Below are positions 7,754 through 16,031 of a stretch of DNA of 53,415 nt, one piece after another. The position numbers and the translations under genes were made by a program. Positions within the stretch are counted from its first letter, which is position 1; each line of letters opens with the position of its first letter. The notes under the pieces were generated by a model. It was not told the origin of the DNA. It ran no database searches and was given only the letters and a program-made list of their open reading frames with translations. Source of the DNA: Candidatus Azambacteria bacterium RIFCSPLOWO2_01_FULL_44_84 (GTDB lineage Bacteria; Patescibacteriota; Minisyncoccia; UBA10092); the NCBI GenBank assembly GCA_001774075.1, contig MEYR01000005.1:1-53415 (forward strand), given 5' to 3'.

Positions 7754-8671
7754 ATGAAAACTATATCCGAAAATAATCTAACCTGGGTTGATATAGAAAA
7801 ACCGACCCAAAAAGACATCGACTGGCTTAAAGCCAATTTCAATTTTCATCCGCTGACTCTCGGCGAACTGATCCCCCCGTCAAGGCGCGAAAAAGTCGAG
7901 CATTTCGACGACTACTTATTTTTAGTGATGTATGTGCCGGTTTTTAACGAAAAGAAACGAACCACCAACCCGGTAGAACTTGATATCCTGATAACGAAAG
8001 ACCGTATTATCACGGTCCATAACGAGCCGATTGAACCGTTGAAAGATTTTTCCCGAAAAGTTGAGAAGCCGGAGCTTAGAAATAAATATTTTTCCAAATC
8101 AACCGGCCATATTTTCTACTGGCTTTCGGAAGAACTGCTTAATTTCGGCGAGCGCCAGCTGGTTCACATCGGCAAAAATGTATTAAACATTGAGGACGGC
8201 ATTTTCAAAAATATTGAACGCGACATGATAAAAGAGGTTTCAACTATAAAAAGGGATATTTTGGACTTCAGGATCGCCGTAAGACCACTCAATCGAATCT
8301 TCAACTCCCTAGCTTCAAGAGGCATAAGATTTTGGCCGGAGCAGGGCGACGATCTTAAGATTTATTTCAACGACCTAGTCGGCGACTACGAAAGAATCTG
8401 GAGCGAAATAGACAATTACACCGATACTATCGGCGCTCTTGAGGCCACCAATACTAATCTTCTTAACGACAAAACTAACGCTATAGTCAAAACATTTACT
8501 ATTCTTTCTTTCATCACTTTCCCCGCAATGCTTGTCGCGACGATACTCCAGATTAACACGATTTATAATCCGATTCTCGGTCGCCAAAATGACTTCTGGC
8601 TCGTGGTTGGTTTTGTCGCTTTGACAGTCATGGCCATGTGGATTTATTTTAAAACTCGGAAATGGCTGTAG
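7754..8671 (+). CDS. CorA-family divalent cation transporter-like protein, GMN motif replaced by QIN
   Basis: Size, soluble N-domain and two C-terminal TM helices (FITFPAMLVATILQINTIYN ... FWLVVGFVALTVMAMWIYF) match the CorA layout. Only the Asn of YGMN is kept. Confidence 0.7.
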   Translation: MKTISENNLTWVDIEKPTQKDIDWLKANFNFHPLTLGELIPPSRREKVEHFDDYLFLVMYVPVFNEKKRTTNPVELDILITKDRIITVHNEPIEPLKDFSRKVEKPELRNKYFSKSTGHIFYWLSEELLNFGERQLVHIGKNVLNIEDGIFKNIERDMIKEVSTIKRDILDFRIAVRPLNRIFNSLASRGIRFWPEQGDDLKIYFNDLVGDYERIWSEIDNYTDTIGALEATNTNLLNDKTNAIVKTFTILSFITFPAMLVATILQINTIYNPILGRQNDFWLVVGFVALTVMAMWIYFKTRKWL

Positions 8672-8685
8672 CCGCTTTCAGCGGA

Positions 8686-8770
8686 ATTTCTAATTTCTAA
8701 TTTTTAATTTCTAAACAATTTTTAATGATTTAATTTTTAAACATTAGGTCATTAGATCATTATTTTAAAA
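8686..8770. repeat. AT-rich oligomer array (TTCTAATTT / TTTTAA words)
   Basis: aatttctaatttctaatttttaatttctaaacaatttttaatgatttaatttttaaa follows a short CCGCT-ttc-AGCGG hairpin after the corA-like stop. Confidence 0.55.
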
Positions 8771-8782
8771 TTGAAAATTTCT

Positions 8783-10171
8783 ATGCCCTTAAAACTTTAC
8801 AACCACCTCACCAAAAAAATAGAAACTTTTAAGCCCATCAAATCAAAAATAGTGGGTCTTTATACTTGCGGGCCAACGGTTTATAACTTCGCTCACATCG
8901 GCAATCTGCGAACTTATGTTTTTGAAGATATTTTGCGTCGGACTCTTGAATACAACGGCTACAAAATAAACCATGTGATGAATATTACTGATGTGGAAGA
9001 TAAAATCATTCGCAACGCCGGCAAAGCCAAAAAAACAATTTTTGAGTTTGTTAAGCCGTATGAATCGGCTTTCTATAATGACCTGAAAAAACTCAATATC
9101 GAGCCTGCGACTGAATACCCAAAAGCAACCGCGCACATCAAAGAGATGGTTGCGATTATTAAAAAACTGCTTGATAAAAAACTCGCCTACAAAGCCGACG
9201 GCTCAATTTATTTTGATATCTCAAAATTCAAAAAATACGGCCGGCTTTCCGGCCTGAAATCGCGAGAGCTTAAAGTCGGCGCCCTAGGGCGTCCCGCCGG
9301 GCTAGCCCGCGTAGATGTAGACGAATACGCCAAAGGCGACGCCGAGGATTTTGTTTTGTGGAAAGCGGCAAAACCCGGCGAGCCGTCCTGGCCCGCGCCT
9401 TTCGGCGCGGGGCGGCCCGGCTGGCACATTGAGTGCTCGGCCATGTCAATGAAGTATTTGGGGCCGACTTTTGACATTCATGGCGGAGCGGTGGATTTGA
9501 TATTCCCCCATCATGAAAACGAAATCGCCCAGTCGGAAGGCGCTACTGGTAAACCATTCGTAAAATATTTTGTTGAGGGCGAACATCTTTTGGTTGACGG
9601 CGAAAAAATGTCCAAGTCGCTGGGCAATGTTTATACGCTCCGCGACATCGAGGCCAAAGGATTTAATCCGCTTGCTTTCCGATATTTGATTCTGACCGCT
9701 AATTACCGCTCAAAACTCAACTTTACATGGTCATCTCTTACTGCCGCGCAAAACGCGCTGGAGAATCTCCGCAAAGCGGTCTTGTCTTTCAAAAAACCCG
9801 CAAGACCATCGGACTCAAACCCGCGACTCGCCGGAGAACTGGAAAAGAAATTCACCGGCTTCGTAAACGACGATTTGGATACGCCAAAGGCGCTCGCTGT
9901 TTTATGGGAAGTTATAAAATCAGCCTGGCTTGATGGCGGGACGAAATATGGCCTGATAATGGATTTTGATAAAGTTTTGAGATTAAATTTATCAAAGATA
10001 AAAATTGAAAAAATAAAAACTACTAATGGGGTATCGAAACTAGTTGAAGAACGGGAAAAATACAGAAAAGAAAAAAATTTTGCCAAAGCTGACGAAGTCC
10101 GCAAGAAAATTGAAAAATTAGGATGGCTGATTGAAGACACTTCCGGAGGACCAAAATTAAAACGGAAATAA
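8783..10171 (+). CDS. cysS: cysteine--tRNA ligase
   Basis: HIGH-type AHIGNLRTY and KMSKS motifs. The ATG at 8783 is preferred over the TTG at 8771. Confidence 0.93.
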   Translation: MPLKLYNHLTKKIETFKPIKSKIVGLYTCGPTVYNFAHIGNLRTYVFEDILRRTLEYNGYKINHVMNITDVEDKIIRNAGKAKKTIFEFVKPYESAFYNDLKKLNIEPATEYPKATAHIKEMVAIIKKLLDKKLAYKADGSIYFDISKFKKYGRLSGLKSRELKVGALGRPAGLARVDVDEYAKGDAEDFVLWKAAKPGEPSWPAPFGAGRPGWHIECSAMSMKYLGPTFDIHGGAVDLIFPHHENEIAQSEGATGKPFVKYFVEGEHLLVDGEKMSKSLGNVYTLRDIEAKGFNPLAFRYLILTANYRSKLNFTWSSLTAAQNALENLRKAVLSFKKPARPSDSNPRLAGELEKKFTGFVNDDLDTPKALAVLWEVIKSAWLDGGTKYGLIMDFDKVLRLNLSKIKIEKIKTTNGVSKLVEEREKYRKEKNFAKADEVRKKIEKLGWLIEDTSGGPKLKRK

Positions 10172-10185
10172 ATAAAGCGCACGAA

Positions 10186-10317
10186 TTAATCTCGTGCGCC
10201 CTCTTCGACCAGATCGAACAAATAGTCGATCTCATCGCAGTCCTCAATTGTCAAATTGGACTGTTGCATCTTATCCAAAGCTGCGGCCAATTCCTCGTAG
10301 GAAAGCGCCTTTGGCAT
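10186..10317 (-). CDS. possible small acidic ORF (43 aa) overlapping the 3' end of the 109-aa ORF
   Basis: MPKALSYEELAAALDKMQQSNLTIEDCDEIDYLFDLVEEGARD. Its stop lies in the GCGCACGA/TCGTGCGC hairpin shared with the cysS end. It could instead be a frameshifted tail of 10271-10600. Confidence 0.3.
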   Translation of the reverse strand: MPKALSYEELAAALDKMQQSNLTIEDCDEIDYLFDLVEEGARD

Positions 10318-10600
10318 TCTGGTGATACTTCACCTTTTCGCTTTTTGGAAGCAGTTGGGCAAGTTCCTGGATTTCCGAAACTGAACCTTCAAATCTCATA
10401 CTTGAACGCGAACCGTTTCTAGGCTGAATTATAATCGCGGTAAAAGTTATTTTTCTCCTTCCAACATAAACATTACAACGATACGCTGGTTTATTTAGCC
10501 ACCCCAAAAAACCTTTCAGTATTTCAGTGGCTTGGCATGACTCAACCGCTTCTTCCCCCTTGGTCAGCCAATTAGTGTTAGAACGGCTAATTTTTATCAT
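10271..10600 (-). CDS. hypothetical protein (109 aa)
   Basis: ORF only. Confidence 0.4.
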   Translation of the reverse strand: MIKISRSNTNWLTKGEEAVESCQATEILKGFLGWLNKPAYRCNVYVGRRKITFTAIIIQPRNGSRSSMRFEGSVSEIQELAQLLPKSEKVKYHQNAKGAFLRGIGRSFG

Positions 10601-10762
10601 TCCACATTCCTATACCTCGCTTATTATTAAGAACAAAGTGTTATAAAAATAACATATTCAAGCAAAAATGTCAAATCAGCCGCCAATGCACAGTTTATCA
10701 GACGCCGGCATTTGAAATATTTAAAAATCCCACATATACTGAAATAAACTTGTGGAGATTTC

Positions 10763-12136
10763 ATGCCTCGCATCATAAAAAAACAATTCTCTAAAATGCC
10801 CATAGACCCTAATAAATTGCCGCCTCAAAATATTGAGGCCGAGCAATCAGTTCTGGGGTCTTTATTGATTGACAAAGACGCGATTATTAAAATCGCGGAT
10901 ATAATTTCGGCTGAAGATTTTTATAGAAGAGCGCACGAAGAAATTTTCCAAGCCGTCGTTGATCTGTATCAAAAGCGCGAGCCGATAGACCTGCTCTCGC
11001 TCTCCTCTCGCCTTAAAGAAAAAAAACAGCTTGATGAAATCGGCGGACTTTCCTACCTTACTTCACTAATGAACTCGGTGCCGACCGCTTCCCATATAGT
11101 CCACTATGCCAAGATGGTCCATCAAAAAAGAATTTTGCGCGACCTCATAGGCGCTTCGCACGAAATTTCACAACTTGCATGGGAAGACAAAGACATAGAC
11201 GAGCTTTTAGATGAAGCCGAAAAGAAAATTTTCAGCATTTCACAGACCTCTTTGATCCAGGAGTTCCAGCATATAAAGCCGTACCTGCACGAGGCTTTTG
11301 AACGAATTGACCGCCTGCACAAGGGCGATGGCGCCTGGCGGGGTATTCCTACCGGTTTCGCGGATTTAGACAATATTTTAGCAGGCCTCCAGAAAGCCGA
11401 TCTCGTGATTCTGGCCGCCCGGCCCAGCCTTGGTAAAACCTCGCTGGCTTTGGACATCGCAAGACACGCCGCCACAAATGAAAAAGTTGCTGTGGGTATT
11501 TTCAGCTTGGAAATGTCAAAGGAACAGCTGGTAGAGAGATTAATCGCCTCCCAAGCCGGGGTTGACCTGTGGCGGCTGCGCACCGGCAAACTAAGCGACG
11601 AGGGTGCGGACAATGATTTTGTACGCATTTCCGAAGCTCTCAATCGCCTGTCCGCGGCAAAGCTTTACATAGACGACGCCGCCTCTCCTAACGTCTTGCA
11701 AATAAGAACAATGGCAAGGCGGCTTCAGGCGGAAAAAGGGCTTGACCTTCTGATTATCGACTATCTTCAGCTGATGCAGGGTTCGGGCCGTATTGAAAAC
11801 CGCACGCAGGAAGTAAGCGAGATTTCCCGGTCATTAAAAGGTCTTGCGCGCGAATTAAATATCCCCATAGTAGCGCTTTCCCAGCTGTCCCGTTCGCCGG
11901 AAACAAGAACCGATCAGATACCAAGGCTATCCGACCTGCGAGAGTCCGGCGCTATTGAACAGGACGCGGACGTTGTGCTGTTTATCTACCGAGAAGATAA
12001 AGTCAAAAAAGATACGGATAAGAAAAATGTCGCGGAAATCCATATTGCCAAGCACCGCAACGGCCCGACGGGCAAGATAGAACTCTACTTCAATGAGCAC
12101 TACGTCAGCTTCAAGAATCTTGATAAATTACATTAA
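10763..12136 (+). CDS. dnaB: replicative DNA helicase DnaB
   Basis: PPQNIEAEQSVLGSLL N-terminus, Walker A ARPSLGKTS and SQLSR motifs. Confidence 0.95.
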   Translation: MPRIIKKQFSKMPIDPNKLPPQNIEAEQSVLGSLLIDKDAIIKIADIISAEDFYRRAHEEIFQAVVDLYQKREPIDLLSLSSRLKEKKQLDEIGGLSYLTSLMNSVPTASHIVHYAKMVHQKRILRDLIGASHEISQLAWEDKDIDELLDEAEKKIFSISQTSLIQEFQHIKPYLHEAFERIDRLHKGDGAWRGIPTGFADLDNILAGLQKADLVILAARPSLGKTSLALDIARHAATNEKVAVGIFSLEMSKEQLVERLIASQAGVDLWRLRTGKLSDEGADNDFVRISEALNRLSAAKLYIDDAASPNVLQIRTMARRLQAEKGLDLLIIDYLQLMQGSGRIENRTQEVSEISRSLKGLARELNIPIVALSQLSRSPETRTDQIPRLSDLRESGAIEQDADVVLFIYREDKVKKDTDKKNVAEIHIAKHRNGPTGKIELYFNEHYVSFKNLDKLH

Positions 12137-12173
12137 TTGAAAATTGAAAAATAGAAATTGAAAATTTTAGTGT

Positions 12174-12866
12174 ATGTATCCCAAACCGATAAAAAATTTT
12201 GTAGACAGATTTTCAAAGCTGCCTTCAGTCGGTCCGCGCCAAGCGGCGCGATTGGCTTTTTGGCTTTTAAATCAGCCGAAGACTTACAGAAGCGAACTGA
12301 AAAAGGCACTGGAGGATCTGGAAAAAGAAACAAAAACGTGTCCTCAATGCTTTTTTGTAATTGATGGTTCAGCTTCCTTCGACAAAGTTCATGGTTCGAC
12401 TTCGCTCACCATCAACAAAGAGGATAAATCGCTCACCATAAAAAACGACGGGAATAAATGCGGCTTTTGCGATAATCCATCGCGTGACCAAAAAACCATA
12501 TGTGTCGTGGAAAAAGAAACAGACCTGGCCACTATTGAAAAATCCGGCGTTTACAATGGACTTTATCATGTGCTCGGAGGTCTTTTTTCGGCTCTGGATA
12601 CCGCGGTGCCGAAAAATCTGCGCCTGCCGGAACTTATCGTACGCATACAAGAGCACAAAAAAAATAAAACTGCCGAAGAAGTCATACTGGCACTTTCCCC
12701 CACTCACGAGGGAGATCTGACGGTGCATTATCTGGAACGCGCACTGAAGCCTTTAAAAATAAAAATCACACGCCTGGGGCGGGGCCTGCCTTACGGCGCG
12801 GATGTTGAATTCGCCGACGCTGAAACACTTTCCGGCGCTCTGGAAGGCAGAAAAGAAATTAAATAA
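12174..12866 (+). CDS. recR: recombination protein RecR with an enlarged zinc-finger loop
   Basis: LPSVGPRQAARLAF helix-hairpin-helix, CPQC...CGFC, and Toprim VVEKETDLATIE ... YHVLGG. Confidence 0.9.
   Translation: MYPKPIKNFVDRFSKLPSVGPRQAARLAFWLLNQPKTYRSELKKALEDLEKETKTCPQCFFVIDGSASFDKVHGSTSLTINKEDKSLTIKNDGNKCGFCDNPSRDQKTICVVEKETDLATIEKSGVYNGLYHVLGGLFSALDTAVPKNLRLPELIVRIQEHKKNKTAEEVILALSPTHEGDLTVHYLERALKPLKIKITRLGRGLPYGADVEFADAETLSGALEGRKEIK
12351..12458 (+). repeat. in-frame repeat-derived insertion between the two Cys pairs of RecR
   Basis: 36 residues separate CPQC and CGFC. The segment contains atggttcgacttcgctcaccat (12391-12412), identical to 6083-6104, plus a GTCGAAGG-family word at 12377-12390. 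Confidence 0.6.
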
Positions 12867-12897
12867 CCCTTCGACAAGCTCGGGGTTATTTAATTTC
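12855..12897. terminator. bidirectional hairpin between convergent recR and rplU
   Basis: gaaattaaataaccc-ttcgacaagctc-ggggttatttaatttc forms a 15-16-bp stem overlapping both stop codons. Confidence 0.65.
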
Positions 12898-13197
12898 TGT
12901 AATTTCAACTTCAGTATACGGCTGGCGATGGCCGGCTTTTTTCTTATAACGAGTCTTAGAATGGTAATGGAAAACAATGATTTTCTTGGCCCTCCCCTGC
13001 TTTAAGGCTTTTCCGGTTACTTTTGCGTCGGAAACAAAAGGCGAGCCGATCTTAATATCCTTTTCGTCGCCAACAAGTAAAACTTCGGAAAACCTAATTT
13101 CATCGCCTTCTTTAGCGTCGATTTTCTCAAGGCGAAGCTTGTCGCCTTCTTTCACTATGTATTGTTTTCCTCCAGTTTTTATAACCGCTATTTTCAT
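12886..13197 (-). CDS. rplU: 50S ribosomal protein L21
   Basis: MKIAVIKTGGKQYIVKEGD...KIIVFHYHSKTRYKKKAGHRQPYTEV. Confidence 0.93.
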   Translation of the reverse strand: MKIAVIKTGGKQYIVKEGDKLRLEKIDAKEGDEIRFSEVLLVGDEKDIKIGSPFVSDAKVTGKALKQGRAKKIIVFHYHSKTRYKKKAGHRQPYTEVEITEIK

Positions 13198-13295
13198 GAT
13201 TTTGAGCTATGTTATTTTAATAAAATAGCCCCCAAATGTCAACCCCCACTATTTAATTTCCTTGCCAACATTTTTTCTCAAAACGATTCAGTCAC

Positions 13296-13456
13296 GAGCG
13301 AAGCCGATATCTTTTCCTCAACACACTCGGCCGCTCCTGCGGCAGCCTCATTCGTCCTCGCAACGGCGAGGTCTTGATAAGCGCGCTTCGCGCAATTATA
13401 TCAAAACCACCAAGCTCGCCTGCTGCGGGTTTTCGGAAAAAACATCAGCTTCGCTC
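13296..13456 (-). ncRNA. structured ~160-nt element, copy B (homolog of 16435-16599)
   Basis: About 70% identity by eye to copy A. The outer stem GAGCGAAGCTGATGTTTTTTCC/GGAAAAGATATCGGCTTCGCTC and the hairpin GGCTGC-CGCAGGA-GCGGCC covary with copy A. Confidence 0.6.
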
Positions 13457-13650
13457 TTAAAACTCACGCGAGACACGCCCGGTTGTTTTGGAGAAGCTCT
13501 CGGAGGCGAAAAAGCTTGGTCTTCGCCGCAGGCGAAGTTTTGAGTCGAGAGAGCAGTGGTGGCTCCGCTCGCTGGAAGCGGAGAACACCCGGTTCGGAAA
13601 AACAATCGGGCGTGGCGAGCACCAGAACTGTTCTGGCGACAGGACCCCTC

Positions 13651-13995
13651 TCATCTGTTGATTAGGTATAACGCGACTCCGGCAATGGCAAGAAAAATCT
13701 GGACCGTAAGAGCAATGGAATTAAAGTAATAAACCATGACTTTATTGCCGGGCCAGAATTTGAACCCGAGAACTGAATTAAAAACAAGCGTTAAAAACCC
13801 GATAAGGGGTAAAATTAACAAAGTGCTGGTTTCGCCGAGATAATCAACTCCCCAATAAACATTATAGTGAAGCACCGCTGGCAAATTGCTTTGTTGAACC
13901 GAAAAATAAAGAAATATAAAAAGAGCGATGTTAAGGGCGAGACTAAGTATAAAGATGATTCTCGTCCAAAAATCACCGAAATAATCTTTCAGCAT
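13651..13995 (-). CDS. small multi-pass membrane protein
   Basis: 114 aa with about 4 hydrophobic helices. Its start shares position 13995 with the stop of the upstream protease gene. Confidence 0.55.
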   Translation of the reverse strand: MLKDYFGDFWTRIIFILSLALNIALFIFLYFSVQQSNLPAVLHYNVYWGVDYLGETSTLLILPLIGFLTLVFNSVLGFKFWPGNKVMVYYFNSIALTVQIFLAIAGVALYLINR

Positions 13996-14828
13996 TATTT
14001 TAATAAAAGCGAAGTAATAAACCCTAAAATCGCGAAGCCGGCCAATGGCGGCAAAGCCGGCATTGGCCGGCGGACACGCTGAGAAATGAAAAGAAGGTGC
14101 ATCAGTAAAAGACCAAAGATAGAAAACCCTAAAACAATCCAGGCTGATTTATAGCTAACAGTCATCGCGGAAGCGGCCATAATCAAGGGAAAAACAAAGT
14201 CGCCGGTTCCAAGCATCATAAAGCCCTGACCGGGGTGGGCTTCATTAATTTTGGATTTAAAATTTCTGAATTCTTCCGGGAAAATCATCGCGAAAATCGC
14301 CCGCCCCGCTATCATGGCTTTGGCCATTTTTATCATGTGCTTTGTTTTGTAAACCGCGATATAGTCGTAAACCGACATTATAATAAGAATCAGGACGGCA
14401 AACCACGGCTGCAAAGAAAGCCCTATTAAGACAGCAATGCCGGGCAGTGTCAGAATCATTACGGCGTCATGGAGCCATACATAGGGCCAAATTACATAAG
14501 CAGCGACCAGAAACGCTGAAAAGATAACCGCCGCTATATCCGATAAAAACAAATTAAAAGTTATCAGCATGCCCGAAAACAAGGCGAAAATAAAAAACAG
14601 GCGCAAAAACCAGCCACCATGCATTATACGTATTAAACCGAGAATAACCGCCGTGCCAATACCGAAAGCCAGTAAAAACTGCCACCACGACACCGCGGTT
14701 ACCTGAGGCGCCACCTCGGCGCTCAACGCCTGAAATCGCGCAGCAACAAAAATACTGATAACGCCAACGATAACAAAACTTAGAATTTCCTGAGAAAAAA
14801 CTTTTAAATTGAGATTTTCCGCGATCAT
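13995..14828 (-). CDS. presenilin / signal-peptide-peptidase-like GxGD intramembrane aspartyl protease (A22-like)
   Basis: Motifs occur in the canonical order in a polytopic protein: YD (SVYDYIAV), GxGD (LGTGDFVFP) and PAL (PMPALPP). The start is set at the ATG at 14828, which overlaps the upstream stop as ATGA. Confidence 0.7.
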   Translation of the reverse strand: MIAENLNLKVFSQEILSFVIVGVISIFVAARFQALSAEVAPQVTAVSWWQFLLAFGIGTAVILGLIRIMHGGWFLRLFFIFALFSGMLITFNLFLSDIAAVIFSAFLVAAYVIWPYVWLHDAVMILTLPGIAVLIGLSLQPWFAVLILIIMSVYDYIAVYKTKHMIKMAKAMIAGRAIFAMIFPEEFRNFKSKINEAHPGQGFMMLGTGDFVFPLIMAASAMTVSYKSAWIVLGFSIFGLLLMHLLFISQRVRRPMPALPPLAGFAILGFITSLLLK

Positions 14829-15907
14829 AAGTCCGGCGCCCAATCGAATGGCAGTATATCCCGATACCACTCCACGGTCTTTTTAAGACCGGAGCGCAAA
14901 TCCCAAGTTGGATGAAAATCAAGTTCGCGGCTGATCTTAGTAATATCCGGGCACCGGCGCCTTGGTTCATCGGCCGGATATGCCTCGCTGTAATCAACCA
15001 GATTAATTTCGATTTGATTATCAAAATACTCAGCGACCAGATGAGCGAGTTTCGCCATATTTATTTCTTCCCGGTCAGTACCAACATTATAAACCTCGCC
15101 ATTTTTTTGAGAGAGCAATACTTTGAAAAAACCGACCACTGCATCACTAATAAAACAAAAAGTCCGCGTCTGGTTGCCTGAACCGTGAACCCGCAAAGGT
15201 GCGCCGGCAATAGCGCGAGTGATGAAATCCGGTACCACACGGTGATCACTCGGCTTCATCCCAGGACCGTAAACATTAAAAGGACGGACAATTTTCAGCG
15301 GGATGTCGTAAAGTTGATGATAGGTTAAACACAGTGTTTCGGCTAGACGTTTTGACTCATCATAACAAGCTCGGGGACCGGTGCAAGATACATTGCCCTT
15401 GTAATGTTCGGGAGTTGGGATAGATGCAGGATGTGGGTCTCCATAGATTTCGCTGGAAGAAAATAAGAGAAAACTTTTCGGTTTTTTCTGTCTTGCTAAT
15501 TCCAGTAAATTTTTTGCGCCATGAATAGTGGACTCAATAGTCTCTAGTGGATATTTATTATAGTAAACGGGAGAAGCTAAACCGGCCGCGTGAATAATAT
15601 AATCTACTACTGGTTCGGGTACTGAAAATGGCGTGCGAATGTCCGCTTCTACTCTCTTTATGTGCTCGCCATAAACATCACCCACAAAACTCTCCTTTGT
15701 GCCAGTAATGTAATTGTCTATAGAAATAACATGACAGGGTTTGGCTAAAAACTTCTCATTTAAAAGATGAATAACGCCCAAAAAATATGAACCTAAAAAA
15801 CCAGCTCCGCCGGAAATAATCAGAGTCGAACCTTCTAAAAATCGCGATTCTTCTCCTAAACGGTTTACAATATCCTCTAATATTTCTGATATAATTTTAT
15901 TTCTCAT
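14825..15907 (-). CDS. NAD-dependent epimerase/dehydratase (UDP-glucuronate decarboxylase / sugar 4,6-dehydratase-like SDR)
   Basis: GGAGFLGSY Rossmann motif and YDESKRLAE (YxxxK). The start is set at MRNKIISE; the longer track ORF runs into tRNA-like sequence. Confidence 0.85.
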   Translation of the reverse strand: MRNKIISEILEDIVNRLGEESRFLEGSTLIISGGAGFLGSYFLGVIHLLNEKFLAKPCHVISIDNYITGTKESFVGDVYGEHIKRVEADIRTPFSVPEPVVDYIIHAAGLASPVYYNKYPLETIESTIHGAKNLLELARQKKPKSFLLFSSSEIYGDPHPASIPTPEHYKGNVSCTGPRACYDESKRLAETLCLTYHQLYDIPLKIVRPFNVYGPGMKPSDHRVVPDFITRAIAGAPLRVHGSGNQTRTFCFISDAVVGFFKVLLSQKNGEVYNVGTDREEINMAKLAHLVAEYFDNQIEINLVDYSEAYPADEPRRRCPDITKISRELDFHPTWDLRSGLKKTVEWYRDILPFDWAPDL

Positions 15908-15977
15908 AATAATTAAATAGCATATCATTATTAAAATCGGTGTCAACTGCTGAAGATCTTTACGATCATCAAAAAAG

Positions 15978-16024
15978 TGGCGGCCCCCACGGGAATTCGA
16001 ACCCCTGTTACATGGATGAGAACC
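15978..16024 (-). pseudogene. tRNA-Glu-like 3' fragment (anticodon loop to encoded CCA)
   Basis: Minus strand GGTTCTCATCC-ATGTAAC-AGGGGTTCGAATTCCCG-TGGGGGCCGCCA resembles the bacterial tRNA-Glu 3' half. No 5' half is present and the T-stem is imperfect. Confidence 0.55.
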
Positions 16025-16031
16025 TATTATC

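Noticed and set aside
13198-13650. RNase P RNA, SRP RNA, 6S RNA or tmRNA in the long rplU upstream spacer
   Set aside because: The conserved cores I know are absent on both strands: GAGGAAAGUCCGGGC and ACAGAACCCGGCUUA for RNase P, GGUCCGGAAGGAAGCAGC for SRP, and the tRNA-like ends for tmRNA. GAGAACACCCGGTTCGG is only a loose resemblance.
14554-15024. 156-aa minus-strand ORF spanning the protease/epimerase junction
   Set aside because: It is out of frame with two motif-supported genes and has no motif of its own.
15978-16031. tRNA-like end with encoded CCA, considered as a functional tRNA-Glu or as the 3' end of a tmRNA
   Set aside because: No complementary 5' acceptor strand (GGCCCCC) exists within several hundred nt. 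The anticodon stem pairs at only 2 positions and the T-stem needs a bulge. The acceptor would lack the G3-U70 pair and the A73 expected for tmRNA. It is kept only as a pseudogene fragment.
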